Source of the DNA: Mantamonas sphyraenae STR306
Lineage: Eukaryota; Protista; CRuMs
Assembly (NCBI GenBank): GCA_026936335.1
Contig: JAPMXV010000029.1
Span: 186,001-250,000, forward strand
Length of the DNA stretch: 64,000 nt
Reading direction: 5' to 3'
In this document: positions 23,523-36,300 of the stretch, piece after piece
Numbering within the stretch: the stretch's first letter is position 1
Layout of the letters: every line of letters starts with the position of its first letter
The notes under the pieces: generated by a model
Databases searched by the model: none
The model's input: the letters and a program-made list of their open reading frames with translations, nothing else
What the model was told of the DNA's origin: nothing
Program-made: the position numbers and the translations under genes

Positions 23523-26247
23523 ATGCCCAACTTCAACTCGCGGTCGGCAAAGCTGAAACGCAAGGGCACAGGGAAGAAGCGGAAGAAGAAGCGGATTTCG
23601 CGAGAGGATGTGATGGAGGCGGAGAAGAAGGCGGCGGATGAGATGCACAAGATGGAAGAAGAGGCACACAAACAAATGCAGCGAGCAGCGGCCAAGGAAC
23701 GCAAGCGCAAGCGTCAGGAGGAAGAGCAGCTGCGCGATGACCTGTATTATTCCGACGAAGAGGAGAATGGAGGAAGTGTCAGCAAGATTGTAAGTAGGAC
23801 GTGCATGTGCGGGGATTGGGGGGTGGGGTGGGGGGATTTTGATCACCGCGGACGGGACCTGGGACAAAAGGCGTCGAAACTGACCCACATACAATGCACA
23901 GACAACCGAGAATGCTTTGTCCTTTCTGGTGAGCAATACAAAGGCCAGCAAGCAGTACGAAGCGCTTCTCAAGAGGCGGCGGAAGGAGGAGGAGGGCCGG
24001 GAAGAGGAGGAAGAGGAAGAGGTGGTGGTCGAGCCTGACGACGATGACAACAACGAGGCCCAGCTGCTCGGTGAGAGCGAGGATCTGGAGTACGAACTGG
24101 AGGATGAAGGAGTGTATGAAGAAGGAGAGGAAGAGGAGGAGGAAGACGAAGAGGAGGAGCAGGACGAGGTGGCGGCGGACGATGACGAGGAAGCAGAAGA
24201 CGAAGAAGACGAGATCGTGGGTATCGACACGGGCAACACAATGATGGAGGAGCTGGAAATCGACTCTGAGGACGACGGAGAAGAGGAGGACGAGGACGAG
24301 GACGAGGATGGAGAGGGAAAGACAAGCAAGGTGGATGCGTTCCAGCGTGCATTCCAGTACGACTGCGATGAGAAGGAGATCGAGGAGGCGGTGTTTGCAA
24401 ACGCACACCCAGAGTGGACGAATGTGGACGACGAGGTGCTAGGCAAGGTGCGGTACAGTGGTGAGACGGTGGAACGACACGAGACGTTGGAGGAATACGG
24501 TCTGAACGCAGGGGTTGTGGCCAAGTATGCGTCGCTGTGTCCCCTGGTGGACGACAAGGGCAACGTGGTGCACAACAAAAAGAAAAAGGCCAAAATGGAG
24601 ACACACCGTCCGGCAGTGCCTCTGCACGCACGGCTGCTGCCGTACGTGTGCTCGTACAAGGACATGATGTACGTTCAGGATGTGGAAGCTGCGTCCTTGT
24701 CATCCTCGTCATCCTCCTCCTCCTCCTCCTCGTCCAACTCCGACACCGGGATGGTGGTGGGTGCTGGGGGCAAGACAGCCAACATGAGTGCAGAGCGACA
24801 AGCAATGATCCAGCTGTACTGCTTGCATGCGACGAACCACCTGAAGCGGACACGAGACCGCATCCTGCGCAACAGCAGGGCACTGGCGGCAAACAAGGAG
24901 AAGGCAGGCCTGATGGACGACCGGTATCGAGACCAGGGGTTTACACGTCCGCGGGTGCTGATCCTGACACCGTATGCCAAGGGGGCCAAGGAGATCGTGG
25001 ACACGCTGGTGCATCTTGCGCCGCAGTTGGACGGCGATCGTGTACACAGCCGCAAGCGCTTCGACAAAGCCTTTGGGGATGAGGATGCAGAGGAGACCGC
25101 AGAGCGGCTGGCGGACAAACCGGACGATTATCGGGAACTGTTTGCAGGAAATTGCGAAGACCACTTTCGGGTGGGGATGGCGTTTTCCCGCAAGACAGCC
25201 AAGTTGTACGAGGGCTTCTACAACAGCGACGTGATTGTGGCGTCGCCGTTGGGCCTGCACACGGTGATTGCAGAACGTGCGTCACAACTGGGCGGCAAGT
25301 ACGGCCAGGAGGAGGGCGACGGGGACGAAGTGAGTGCGGCACAGCTGCAGGCGGGTGATAGTATGGCCATGGCACACGCGGCAGGGCAGGCAGACTCGTC
25401 GGCGGCAGACTTTTTGTCGTCGATCGAGTTGTTGATTCTGGACCGGGCGCACGTGTTCCTGATGCAGAACTGGGAGCATGTGAAGAGCATTGTGGCGGCG
25501 ATGAACCAACTGCCGCACGAGATGCACGGCACGGACTTTCAGCGTATCCGCAACTGGACACTGAATGGGTGGGCGCGGTTCTACAGGCAGACGCTGGTGT
25601 TTACGGCGGTGGCTCACGCGGACATCAACGCGCTGTTCAACCGGCAGTGTCACAACCGCATGGGACGGGTGCGGGTGAAACCCGAGTACCGTGGGAGCAT
25701 TGTGCGTGTGGCCTTGCCTGTGCGACAGGTGTTTCAACGCGTGCCCGTGCGCTCGCTGGAGACGTTGGAGGAGGACAAGCTGCGCTACTTTGAACGAGAA
25801 GTGTTGCCGGAGTTTGTGAACAGCAGCCACGAGAAACACACGATGGTGTTTGTGTCGAGCTACTTTGACTTTGTGCGCCTGCGCAACTATCTGAGCGACA
25901 GCGATGTGTCGTTCTGCCAGCTTGGCGACTACACACCGCACAACCAGGTGTCACGCAACCGCAGCAACTTTTACCACGGACGCGTTTCCTTCATGCTCTT
26001 CTCCGAACGCTTCCACTTCTTCCACCGCTACCGCATCCGAGGCTTGCACAACATCGTCCTCTACTCCCTGCCTCACTTTCCTCACTTCTACCCCGAACTG
26101 CTCAACCTGCTCGAGGAATCCGGCAACCAGGTGGCCACCATTGCCATGTACACCGAGTACGACGCCCTGCAACTCGAACGCATCGTTGGAAGCAAACGGG
26201 CCAAGAAGATGCTCAAGAGCAAGCAGCGCACGCATCTGTTTGTGTAG
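23523..26247 (+). CDS. UTP25: U3 snoRNA-associated protein 25 (DEF/DIEXF); intron 23790-23901
   Basis: Motifs RDQGFTRPRVLIL, FYNSDVIVASPLGL, DFLSSIELLILD, MQNWEH, SYFDFVRLRNY, ERFHFFHRYRIRG. Confidence 0.93.
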
Positions 26248-26354
26248 CAAGGCAAAAAGCACAGTGACATGAATTGAGATCATCCATCCAATTTGTTGAT
26301 ATGGCTTACACACACACACACACGGTGAGGTTTGTGCAAACAGTCAGTGCTCGC

Positions 26355-27078
26355 TCAGTGCTCGCTCTTGTGGGGGTCGCCAAACAGCGGCTCGTCACCC
26401 CAGGGGAACGGCTTGTGCTTGATCTGCATGTGGGCCATGGGCTTCTGCGGGTGGGCATGCTCCAGGTTGGAGAAGGTCATGCTGCACAGGCGGGTGGCGC
26501 ATGTGTCAGAGCGTGCGGAACGGGTGTGTTTGGGGTCTTGCATTTCGCGAAGATTCCCGGCGCAGGCGAAGGAGAAAAGGGCAGGACGCAGGCGCCGGGG
26601 GACAGACACACAGCACAGCTGCACTTACCCAGCAAAGCCAATGAGGGCAACCAGGCCGATGCCCGAGATGGTGCGCCAGCGGCCCATGGAGGCTGTGATG
26701 GAGGGCAAAAAGGACCCCGGGGGTGGCGGAGCAACGGGGTCAGCGCGCGCAGAGAGGGGAAACGGCGGACAGAGCCAAAAAGAATCGGCGCGGAACCACG
26801 GCAGTGGGCATGTACAGACAGCGTGCAGGCACACAAGGTGTGTAAACGACGTTGAAGGTGGGTGAAAGTGACCTCCACAGGCCGCACAGCCGACGTGTGG
26901 ACGACGAGGGTGGGACGGAAAAGGCGACGGGATGGACGCTGCTGGCTGGAATTTGCTTCGAAAACTTACCGCGAGCCTCCTCAACGTCGCCGGACATGTG
27001 GCGGACGCCTGTACGGGTGACGATGTTGGACACAGCGCTGGTCTTGGAACCGATGTTCTTGAACAGGTTGGTGGACAT
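26355..27078 (-). CDS. COX6A: Cytochrome c oxidase subunit 6A; introns 26693-26969 and 26482-26628
   Basis: Spliced product: presequence, EEARASMGRWRTIS, TM helix, then EHAH...HMQIKHKPFPWGDEPLF. Both GTAAGT...CAG introns are in phase. Confidence 0.85.
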
Positions 27079-27148
27079 GTGGTGTGCGGGTGGGGTTTTC
27101 GCTGGGTGCGGCAGGGGGGGTGGGGGGGTGGGGCGGCGAGGATGGGAT

Positions 27149-28005
27149 TCAAATGCGCTGTTTCTTCTTAATAGTACACTCTGCACACCACCATTTGCCC
27201 TTGGGTGATGAGGTGAGGCCGACACATTCAAAGTGGAACCACTCGATGGCACAGTCTTCGTTGTCACAACCGACCATCTCGCCAAAGCTTTCGCGCTGGC
27301 AGTAGCAGTAGCGAGGCTCGTCGGAGCCGACGGCAGTTGCGGAACTGAGTGCATTGGGTGCAATGCCACTGTCAAACGACGCTGCCACCTCTGCCGCCGA
27401 GCTGCCTTCCGTAGCGGGTTCCGGAAGCACTTCCTGCCCTCGCTTCCGCTTCCTCGACGCCATGTACTCCAAAAAGCCTGCATCGTTGGCTGCACACACA
27501 GCCAAAGCCGTGAGTTGTTGTGCCAGCCACACATGTACCAGTGTTGTTGTGCGTGTGTGTAGCGTGTGTCAGCCGCTGGGGGTGAGCGAACCCTGAAGGA
27601 AAAGCGGCGGGAAACTGGCGCCCTGCTGTGTGTGCCCCCAACGTACCAGCAGCCAGTTCGAGTTCAAACTCGCGGAGAGCCTTGTCGAGCTTTGCAATGT
27701 TGCCGTCGACGAGGTTGTATGCATCCATGGCGAGCTTGGACTTTTGGTCGGAGAGCGAAAGCATGGCGGTGGTGTACTGCCTGCACTTGTCCAGCGATGT
27801 TCGCTCAGCCGTGCCTCCTTTGCTCTTGGACCCGCCACTGCCTCCGCCTCGTCCTGCGTTTGCAAGATACTTCTCCATCTCTTTCTTCAACTGATACTCT
27901 CGCTCGGCCACCCGCTCGTCCAGCTTCCGCATCGCCTGGAACAACTCTCGCATCTGCTTCGGTGTGTTTTCCACCTCGTCCACATAGCGTTCCAGCCACG
28001 TTGAC

Positions 28006-28007
<2 letters not shown>
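27149..28007 (-). CDS. ING-family PHD-finger chromatin reader; intron 27490-27646
   Basis: N-terminal ING domain (LERYVDEVENTP..MRELFQAMRKLD...DQKSKLA..AYNLVD) and PHD finger EPRYCYCQRESFGEMVGCDNEDCAIEWFHFECVGL...KGKWWC. Confidence 0.93.
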
Positions 28008-28039
<32 letters not shown>

Positions 28040-28132
28040 GTTTCCCAACAAGCCCCGTGATCCCCTGGACGGAGCAGCGCAGTCGCATCCAACTGAAACC
28101 AACCAACCCAACGCTGCACACCCAACACAGAG

Positions 28133-29363
28133 ATGGCGTCCGTGCGACCGGTGTGGAAGCTGCTGCCCAAGAGGGTGATGGCCTCCCACGGCCGTTATTA
28201 TCGGCTGGTGCCGGGAGGGAAGGAGGAGGGGACGGACGATGGGCTGATGAGGAGAACGTGACGACCGTGCCCAGCGTCACCACGGTGCTATCGCTCATCA
28301 GCAAACCCTTTCTGGAGCATTGGAAGCGCAAGTGATGCTGGAGGCTGTGGATGACACACTGCGTGGCTGGAGTGTGGACGAAATGGTGGCCGGGGAGGCT
28401 CGTGTGGTGGGCGTTCCTGACAACCGGGCTGCGGGTCCGTCGTACGAAGCGAGCCTGCAGCAAGATGCCATGGCCATGGGGGCTAGTAGCGTGCAGCAGT
28501 GGCAAGTGCACGAGGCAGAGGGCAAACAAGTGGAAATGCACAGTGCCGAGGAGGAGCAGGTCGAGGTGGAGGTGCTTGTGGACGTCGACCTGCAGGTGGA
28601 CGTCGAGGACGACGGCTGGGTGGCCCCCACAGCCTCGGTGACCGGGGAACGGGCCGAGGAAGAGCAAGTGCTGATGTTGGGTGGCGAGGATGTGGGCACC
28701 ATGGCCGGGTTGGCGGGTACATCGTCCGGCATGGTGCATGCCACGGTGGAGGAGCTCGTCGGGGTCGTGGAACGCGCGTCGCACGCGGCCAACGACCATC
28801 GCAACACGGCGGCGGCGTTCGGAACGGCAGCACACGACATCATTGATGAAATGGTGTGCAATGAGGTGGAAGAGGGAGGAAGGGACGGGGCGGGGCTGGC
28901 AGCCGACGAGGAGACCATCGACTTTTTCTACGGCAACCACACAGAAGAGTTGCGCAATGTGCTCAAGGGATTTGTACAGTGGCGACAGGAGCATGCGCAT
29001 TGGCGGTTTGTGTACGGCGACACCATGGTGTACTCTGAGGAGCGCGGATACGCAGGGGCGTTTGATGCGCTGGTGGAGGACACGCGGGACAACTCCCTGG
29101 TCGTGGTGGACTGGAAAACAAGCAACTCGTTCCACAAGGAGTATTCCCTGCAGGCGGCTGCCTATGCACAGGCCTGTCGTGAGCTGGGCATTGATGTGCA
29201 TCGCGCTGCCATTGTTCGCTTCGACAAGCGCAAACCACACGCCTACACGCGCATGATTGAGCACGATGCGTTGCATGAGAGCACACAAGCGTTCAACCAC
29301 TGTTTAGCGTTGTTTGACTTTGTTCGTGGAACCCCACGCAAGTTTGTCGACGAGGAGGAGTAG
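28133..29363 (+). CDS. PD-(D/E)XK exonuclease, MGME1/phage-exonuclease-like; apparent -1 frameshifts near 28243 and 28332
   Basis: RYYRL, VPSVTTVLSLISKPFLEHW, FGTAAH, GYAGAFDALV, VVVDWKTS, LQAAAYA, spread across three frames. Confidence 0.8.
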
Positions 29364-29473
29364 CACACATGCCACGTGCCACACACACACACGCATCAGA
29401 GAGCCCACGGAGCCGAAGGCGCCATGGAAACGCAGAAATGCAAACGCGTTTTCGATGCGCTCGCTGGTCCAAG

Positions 29474-32400
29474 ATGGCCAACAATGACCAACAGTCGCCT
29501 TCCATGACGGAAGCGATGACTGAATTGAACAACAACAACAACAACAATGCAAACAAGGCAAACTTTGACGCGGTGGATCGGGACGCTCTGATGAAGGTAC
29601 GTGGGCTTCTTGAACGATTGTGATTGTACGAGCGTCGATGGCTGATCCCACGTTGTTTTTGCAGATGTTTGATCCGAAAAGCCTGGACATCCTGCAAGCG
29701 CAGGGCGACGTGGCGGGCATCGCAAGTGCCCTGGGCACAGATCTTCAGCATGGTCTGTCCCTGGACCAGGTGAACAATTGCCGGGAACGTGTGGAAAGGT
29801 GAGATCAGGGCGAAGGAAGGACTGGCCGGAGACATTTCAGCGGAAGATCCGACGGCTCACGCAAACGCACACAGATTCGGTGAGAACCGCATCCCCGAGC
29901 GCCCACCACGCTCCTTTATCTCCTATGCCGTCGAGGCTATCAAGGATCCGACGCTGATCATGCTTATTGTGGCTGCAGCCGTGTCCCTGGGTACGTGAAG
30001 AAGCCAACCCCTTTTTTCCACCGTGTTTTACGCCATTGCGGACCCAACCTTCCCCCACCGAGGAATGTCTCCGGGCAAACAAGGTTTTCCGAGAAAATGC
30101 CCTCTTACCCATGACTGACACACACATGGGCAGTGCTGGGCCTGACAATCGAGAACAAGGAGCATGGATATATCGAAGGGGTGGCCATTCTGGTGGCCGT
30201 GGTGGTGGTGGTGCTCGTTACGGCGGGCAACGATTTCGAGAAGGAGGTTCAGTTCCGCAAGCTGAATCAAAGGCAGCAGGACATCCAGGTGTCTGTGGTG
30301 CGCGACGGAGCACGTCAACACATTTCCGTGTTTGACGTGATGGTGGGCGACCTGATGGTGTTGTCCTCGGGCGACGTCCTGTGTGCCGACGCCCTGCTGG
30401 TGGACGGCAAGCAGGTCAAGTGCGACGAAAGCAGCGCCACGGGCGAGAGCGACGCCATCCGCAAGACTGCCAACAACGATCCGTTCTTCTTGTCCGGTGC
30501 CATGGTGTCTGAAGGCGACGGTACCGCGCTTGTCGTCAATGTGGGACAGCGCTCCTTCAAGGGCAAGCTGCTCATGGCCATGCGCGGCGGCGACGCTGAG
30601 CATGCCAACGGCGAAGGAGAGGAAACCGAGAGCGAGCTTCAGACTCCTCTCGAGGAGAAGCTGGCTGTGTTGGCTTCGTGTAAGTGGTGGATGGGAACAG
30701 GGGGAGGATGGAGGGGGTAGAGCAGTCGCAGGTGCAAACAACTCACACGGCGGGAGGGTATGTACACATCAGTCATCGGCCGCATTGGCTTTTCGATTGC
30801 GGTGACGGCTGTGCTTGCGCTGACGGTGCGCTACTTTGTGCTGAAGGAGATCGAGGGGGTGACAGTGACCGCAGGCGAGGCGGCAGCAGACATTGTGCAC
30901 TACCTCATCACGGCCATCACCATTGTGGTGGTGGTGGTGCCCGAGGGCCTGCCGCTGGCTGTGACGATTGCGCTTGCGTACTCGACGATGCAGATGCTGA
31001 AGGACAACAACCTGGTGCGTCACCTGGCCGCCTGCGAGACGATGGGCAGCGCCACCAACGTGTGTTCGGACAAGACGGGCACGCTGACCACCAACCAGAT
31101 GACTGTGGTGCGCATGCGCCTGAGCAACAAGAACGTGTTGAGCAAGGACACGGCGTCGACGCTGACCACAAGCAGCAGCACCTCCTCGCTCGCCGACCTC
31201 GCTGCTATGGATGACGACGGCGACGACGACGGCGACACCAGCAGCACGGACAGCAGCAACAGCACGCCGACGCAGCAGAGACTGACCAGCATCGACCCTG
31301 TGGCAGACACGCGCGCATGGGCCATGCTCAGCGAATCGCTCGCCGTCAACTCGACCGCAGAGATGGAACGCACCGCCACAGGCATGGAGCTGCAGGGTTC
31401 CAAGACGGAAGTGGCGCTGCTCAACATGCTTCGCGACGGCCACGTGGATTGGCAGGCGGTGCGAGGGAGCCACACCGTGGTGCGTCAGTACCCGTTCACA
31501 TCGGCAGCCAAGCAGATGGGCACCGTGATTCCCAACGTGGATTCGGACAGCAAGCTGACCCTGCACGTGAAGGGCGCCAGTGAGATTGTGTTGGGCCAGT
31601 GCACACACATGATGACCCTGGACGGCGCCGTGGTGCCCATGACCAAGCGCATGCGCTCGGAACTGGGTGCTCACATCCACCTGTACGCCCAGGATGCATT
31701 GCGCACCATCGGCATTGCCTGCAAGGTGATTGATGCCCAGGGTTTCGACGACGAGGCGGACATGGACGCCACGGGTCTTGTCTGGCTGTCTCTGGTGGGC
31801 ATCAAGGATCCCGTACGTCCGGAAGTGCCGCCTGCAGTGCAGGATTGCAAGCGTGCAGGCATCACTGTGCGTATGGTGACCGGCGACAACATCACCACTG
31901 CCGTGAGCATTGCGCGCGAGTGTGGCATCTTCACCTCGGGCGAATCGGTGGCCCTGGAGGGACCCCAGTTTCGGGAGATGGACCAGGCTGCTCTCATGGC
32001 CATCTTGCCCAAGTTGCACGTGTTGGCGCGCTCGTCGCCCATGGACAAGCTCAAGTTGGTGCGTTTGCTGATGGCCCAGGATGAGGTGGTGGCAGTCACA
32101 GGCGACGGCACCAACGACGGCCCTGCGCTCAAGGGCGCCGATGTGGGCTTCTCCATGGGTCTCACGGGCACCGAGGTGGCCGTGGAGGCGTCGGATGTGG
32201 TGCTGATGGACGACAACTTTGCATCGCTGGTCAAGGCGGTGTCGTGGGGCCGCAACGTGTTTGATTCGGTGCGCAAGTTCCTGCAATTCCAGATCACGGT
32301 GAACGTGAGTGCGGTGATCACCGCGTTTGTGGGCGCCATGGTCAACAAGGACGGATTGAGTCCGCTGAAACCCGTGCAGCTGCTGTGGGTCAACCTGATC

Positions 32401-33225
32401 ATGAACACCATGGCCGCGTTGGCACTGGCCACGGACAAGCCCACGCCGGAGCTGTTGGAACGCAAGCCCACGGGCCGTGCCGAGCCGCTGTTTTCCCGAC
32501 GCATGTGGAAGCACATCGCGGGCCAGGCTTGCTTCCAGCTGGTGGTCAGCTTCACGCTGCTGTACGCGGGTCCGCAGCTGCTCAACGTGGAACGTGACTC
32601 GTACCACCACCTGACCATTGTGTTCAACACGTTTGTGTTTTGCCAACTCTTCAACGAGTTCAACTGCAGGAAGAACTCGGACGAGCTGAACGTCTTTGCC
32701 GGCATCTTTGACCACCCGCTGTTTGCAGGCATCATGACCCTCACCGTCATTCTGCAGGTGCTTCTGGTGGAGTTTGGCGGCGTGTTCATGGAAACCGTTC
32801 CCCTGTCGCTCAACGAGTGGCTGGTGTGTGTGCTCATCCCCGTGCTGTCCTGGCCCCTGGGCCTTGTGCTGCGCCTGATCCAGGTCGAGGAGAAGGATGT
32901 GGTCAACGAAAACATGCACGAACCGCTCACTGGATGGGAGCTGTTGCGCACCATGCATCCGCACATCCATTCCCTGGACTACTGGCGCACACACAAGGGC
33001 GCCCACCTGCACTCCACATTCTCCCACTACGACACGGACGACATGAGCATCGACCAGGTCGACCACGAGATCGAGGAGATCATGCACGCCAACGAAAAGG
33101 ACGCCATCCAGGTCGTCGTCACGGACGTCAAAGACACGGCAAAGTCCCCGTCTCCCGCCCCACAGGCGGAGGCTCCCGGCACACCCACCTCTCAGGCTGA
33201 CAACGATGCCCAAACCAGTGTTTGA
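29474..33225 (+). CDS. P-type IIB Ca2+-ATPase (PMCA/Pmc1-like); introns 29597-29664, 29799-29874, 29991-30133, 30680-30772
   Basis: Motifs DESSATGES, VPEGLPLAVT, CSDKTGTLT, KGASE, MVTGDN, VTGDGTNDGPAL, FLQFQITVN, QLLWVNLIM. Confidence 0.95.
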
Positions 33226-33241
33226 GTGGGCAAAGCGGGTG

Positions 33242-33254
33242 TGAATGAATGAAT
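33242..33254 (+). terminator. Candidate polyadenylation signal (TGAATGAATGAAT); representative of a motif recurring after many stop codons
   Basis: Overlapping TGAAT x3, 17 nt after the PMCA stop. The same motif lies at or after ten other stops. Confidence 0.45.
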
Positions 33255-33335
33255 GGGTGATGATGAGGTTGACCACTGAAACAAGAAACGCCCTCCAACA
33301 CCCAACGAATCACACACACACACACACCATCCAAC

Positions 33336-36300
33336 ATGCACAAACACCACAAGGTGACGGTGGAGCGATGTGAAAAGTTTACGGAGGACAACCTGTTTGC
33401 GGACGTGAACCTGTACGGAGCGCTGTACGATCGTGAGCGACGCTTCGAGGTGGGACGCGACCACGACTCGGTGCTGCTGTCCTACAGCGTGCCACACACG
33501 GGCTTTGACGGCGTGCAGACATCCGATGACATCTACGACCGCGAACGCATGCAGTGCAGCGAGGTGCGGCGCTTGTTTGAGACGGCCCTTGCCGACGGCG
33601 CGGTGGTCGACGCCCCCGTCAAGGAGTGTCCGGGACACGTGCGACGCGCAAGTGTGGGCGACTCGTTTGGGCCGTCATGGAGCACCACGTGGGTGTACCT
33701 CCACTTTGAGGTGCCGCAGGAGTGGGCAGACGAGGAGGTGCACCTGATTTTTGACCCAAACTGCGAGGGCCTGATTTTCGTGGACGACGAACCCATGCAG
33801 GGCCTGACCGGCGGACGCAACGACAGGCGTGTGGAGTGGCTGCTGGACTCGTCCACACGTACACACACCATCCTCGTCGAGCTGGCAGCCAACGAGATGT
33901 TTGGCTGCAACGACGGAAAGAGTTTCCTTTCGCCGCCCGACGAGGAACGCTGGTTCAGCCTGGCCACAGCCGACGTGGCTGTGTTTTGCCGCGAGGCATG
34001 GGACGTGATGTGGGACCTGGTGGTCATCACCGACATGGCGAAACACCTGAACGAGGACAGTGTGGAGCGTGCGCAGGCTACGTACACGTGCAACCGGGTG
34101 ATGAAGAGCATCGACGTGCGCGACCGGAGCTCGATGAAGGAGGCGCATGCGTTGGCCCAGGAGTTTCTGCAGCAACAGAACGGCGCACGTGCGTTGGAGG
34201 TGACGGCCATTGGGCATTGTCACATCGACACGGCGTGGTTGTGGCCGTACGCAGAAACCAAGCGCAAGTGTGCACGGTCGTGGAGCACTGCACTGCGTCT
34301 CATGGACTTGTATCCGGATTACCAGTTTGTGTGCAGCCAGGTGTGTCAGTACGAGTGGATGCGCGACTTGTATCCGAGTCTGTTTGCACGCATGAAGGAA
34401 CGCATTGCCGAGGATCGATTCGTCATCACAGGCGGCTCCTGGTGTGAAATGGATTGCAATCTGCCATCCGGTGAGAGCTTTGCCCGCCAGTTCCTGTACG
34501 GACAGCGATTCTACGAGGCGGAATTTGGCAAGCGATCCAACATCTTTTTCCTCCCGGACACCTTTGGCTACAGCGCCCAGCTGCCGCAGATCATCCGCGA
34601 GGCCGGCATGGAGTATTTCGTGACGCAGAAGATCTCGTGGAACCTGATCAACACGTTTCCACACAACACATTCATGTGGGAGGGTCTGGACGGAAGCCGC
34701 GTGCTGACCCACTTTCCGCCTGCCGACACCTACACGGCGAGCGCCACCGTGGAGGAAATTGTGCGTTGTTCCAACAAGCACAAGGACAAGGACCGCTCCA
34801 ACGAGGCCCTCTTCCTGTACGGCAACGGCGACGGCGGCGGCGGGCCCACCATGGAGATGATTGAACGCCTGGGCCGCATGCGCGACTGTCAGGGCCTGCC
34901 CAAGGTTGCCTTCCGCTCCGTGGACGACTTTTTCGAGCGGGTGACGTCCAACAGCCGTGAGCTGGTCACGTGGAGTGGCGAACTGTACCTGGAGCTGCAT
35001 CGCGGCACGTACACGTCGCAGGCCAACAACAAGAAGTGGAACCGCAAAGGGGAGTTTCTGTTGCAGGAGTTGGAATGCTGGGCCACGCTGTTGCAACTGC
35101 ACGATGCGCAGGCGTACCCTCGCGACGAGTTGGATCGTTTGTGGAAGCTGCTGCTGCTCAATCAGTTCCACGACGTCATCCCGGGCTCCTCCATCCATCA
35201 GGTGTTTGTCGACTCGGACGCACACTACGCAGACATCATGTCCAGTGGCACCGCGTTGCGTGACGCTGTGCTTCAGGGCCACGCAGGCGCAGGGGGCGAC
35301 GATCAGTCACCACCCACGCGCTATCGCGTGTACAACAGCAACGGGATCGGTGCACACGGACAGGTGGTGCGCGCTGGCGATCAGTTTGTGTACGTGCCCG
35401 AGGTGCCGTCGCTGGGTTACGTCGACGTGGAGGTTGGCAGCGGAGACGACGCCGCTGACGAGACAGTCGCGGTGGCCGTGGAGGATGCAGTGCGGGTGAC
35501 AACCGGCACGGGGAACAACGACAACGGCGACTTTGTGGTGGAGAATGGACTGATTGTGCTACGTGTGCAGGGCGACGGTCGCATTGTGTCGCTGTACGAC
35601 AAGGAGTGCAAACGCGAGTGCATCATCCAGGGCAAGCTTGGCAACCAACTGGTCATGTACACGGACATGCCGTTGTTCTGGGACGCGTGGGACGTGGAAA
35701 TCTACCATTTGGAGTCCAAGTTTCCCGTAGAGCCCGAGGCGGAGAGTGTGACGGCGACTGTGGTGGAAGAGGATGCGCTGCGCGTGCGTCTGCGCTTCGA
35801 GTTTCCCCTGTCGTCGGAATCCAGCATGCGCATGGATGTGGTGGTCAACGCACACTCCAAGCGAGTGGACGTGGAGTGCCGTGTCGATTGGCACGAAAAT
35901 CGAAAGATCCTCAAGGTGGAGTTTCCCCTTCGTGTGCGCAGCTCGCACGCCAACTACGAGATCCAGTACGGCCACTGCGAGCGGCCCACACATGTCAACA
36001 CCAGCTGGGACATGGCCAAGTTCGAGGTGTGTGCACACAAGTGGGCCGATTTGAGTGAGCATGGATTTGGCGTGGCCCTCCTCAACGATTCCAAGTACGG
36101 ATACAGCTGCCGTGGCTCCCTCATGGCACTGTCGCTGCTGCGTGCACCCAAGGCCCCGGACAACGAGTGTGACATGGGCGTCCACGAGTTTACATACGCC
36201 CTGTTCCCGCATCGCGGCCGCCTGCAGGAGGGTCTTGTGGTCCAGGAGGGCTACAAGTTGAATGTGCCCGTAACCGTGCAGCCGTTGCCTGCTTCTGCCT

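Noticed and set aside
21811-28335. Premature TGA codons at 21811 and 28333 as selenocysteine or readthrough
   Set aside because: Homology continues in a different frame, so these are frameshifts, not in-frame recoding.
28133-29363. PD-(D/E)XK nuclease as Cas4 or part of an integrated virus or transposon
   Set aside because: No Fe-S cysteine set, no terminal repeats or viral neighbours, and host-like composition.
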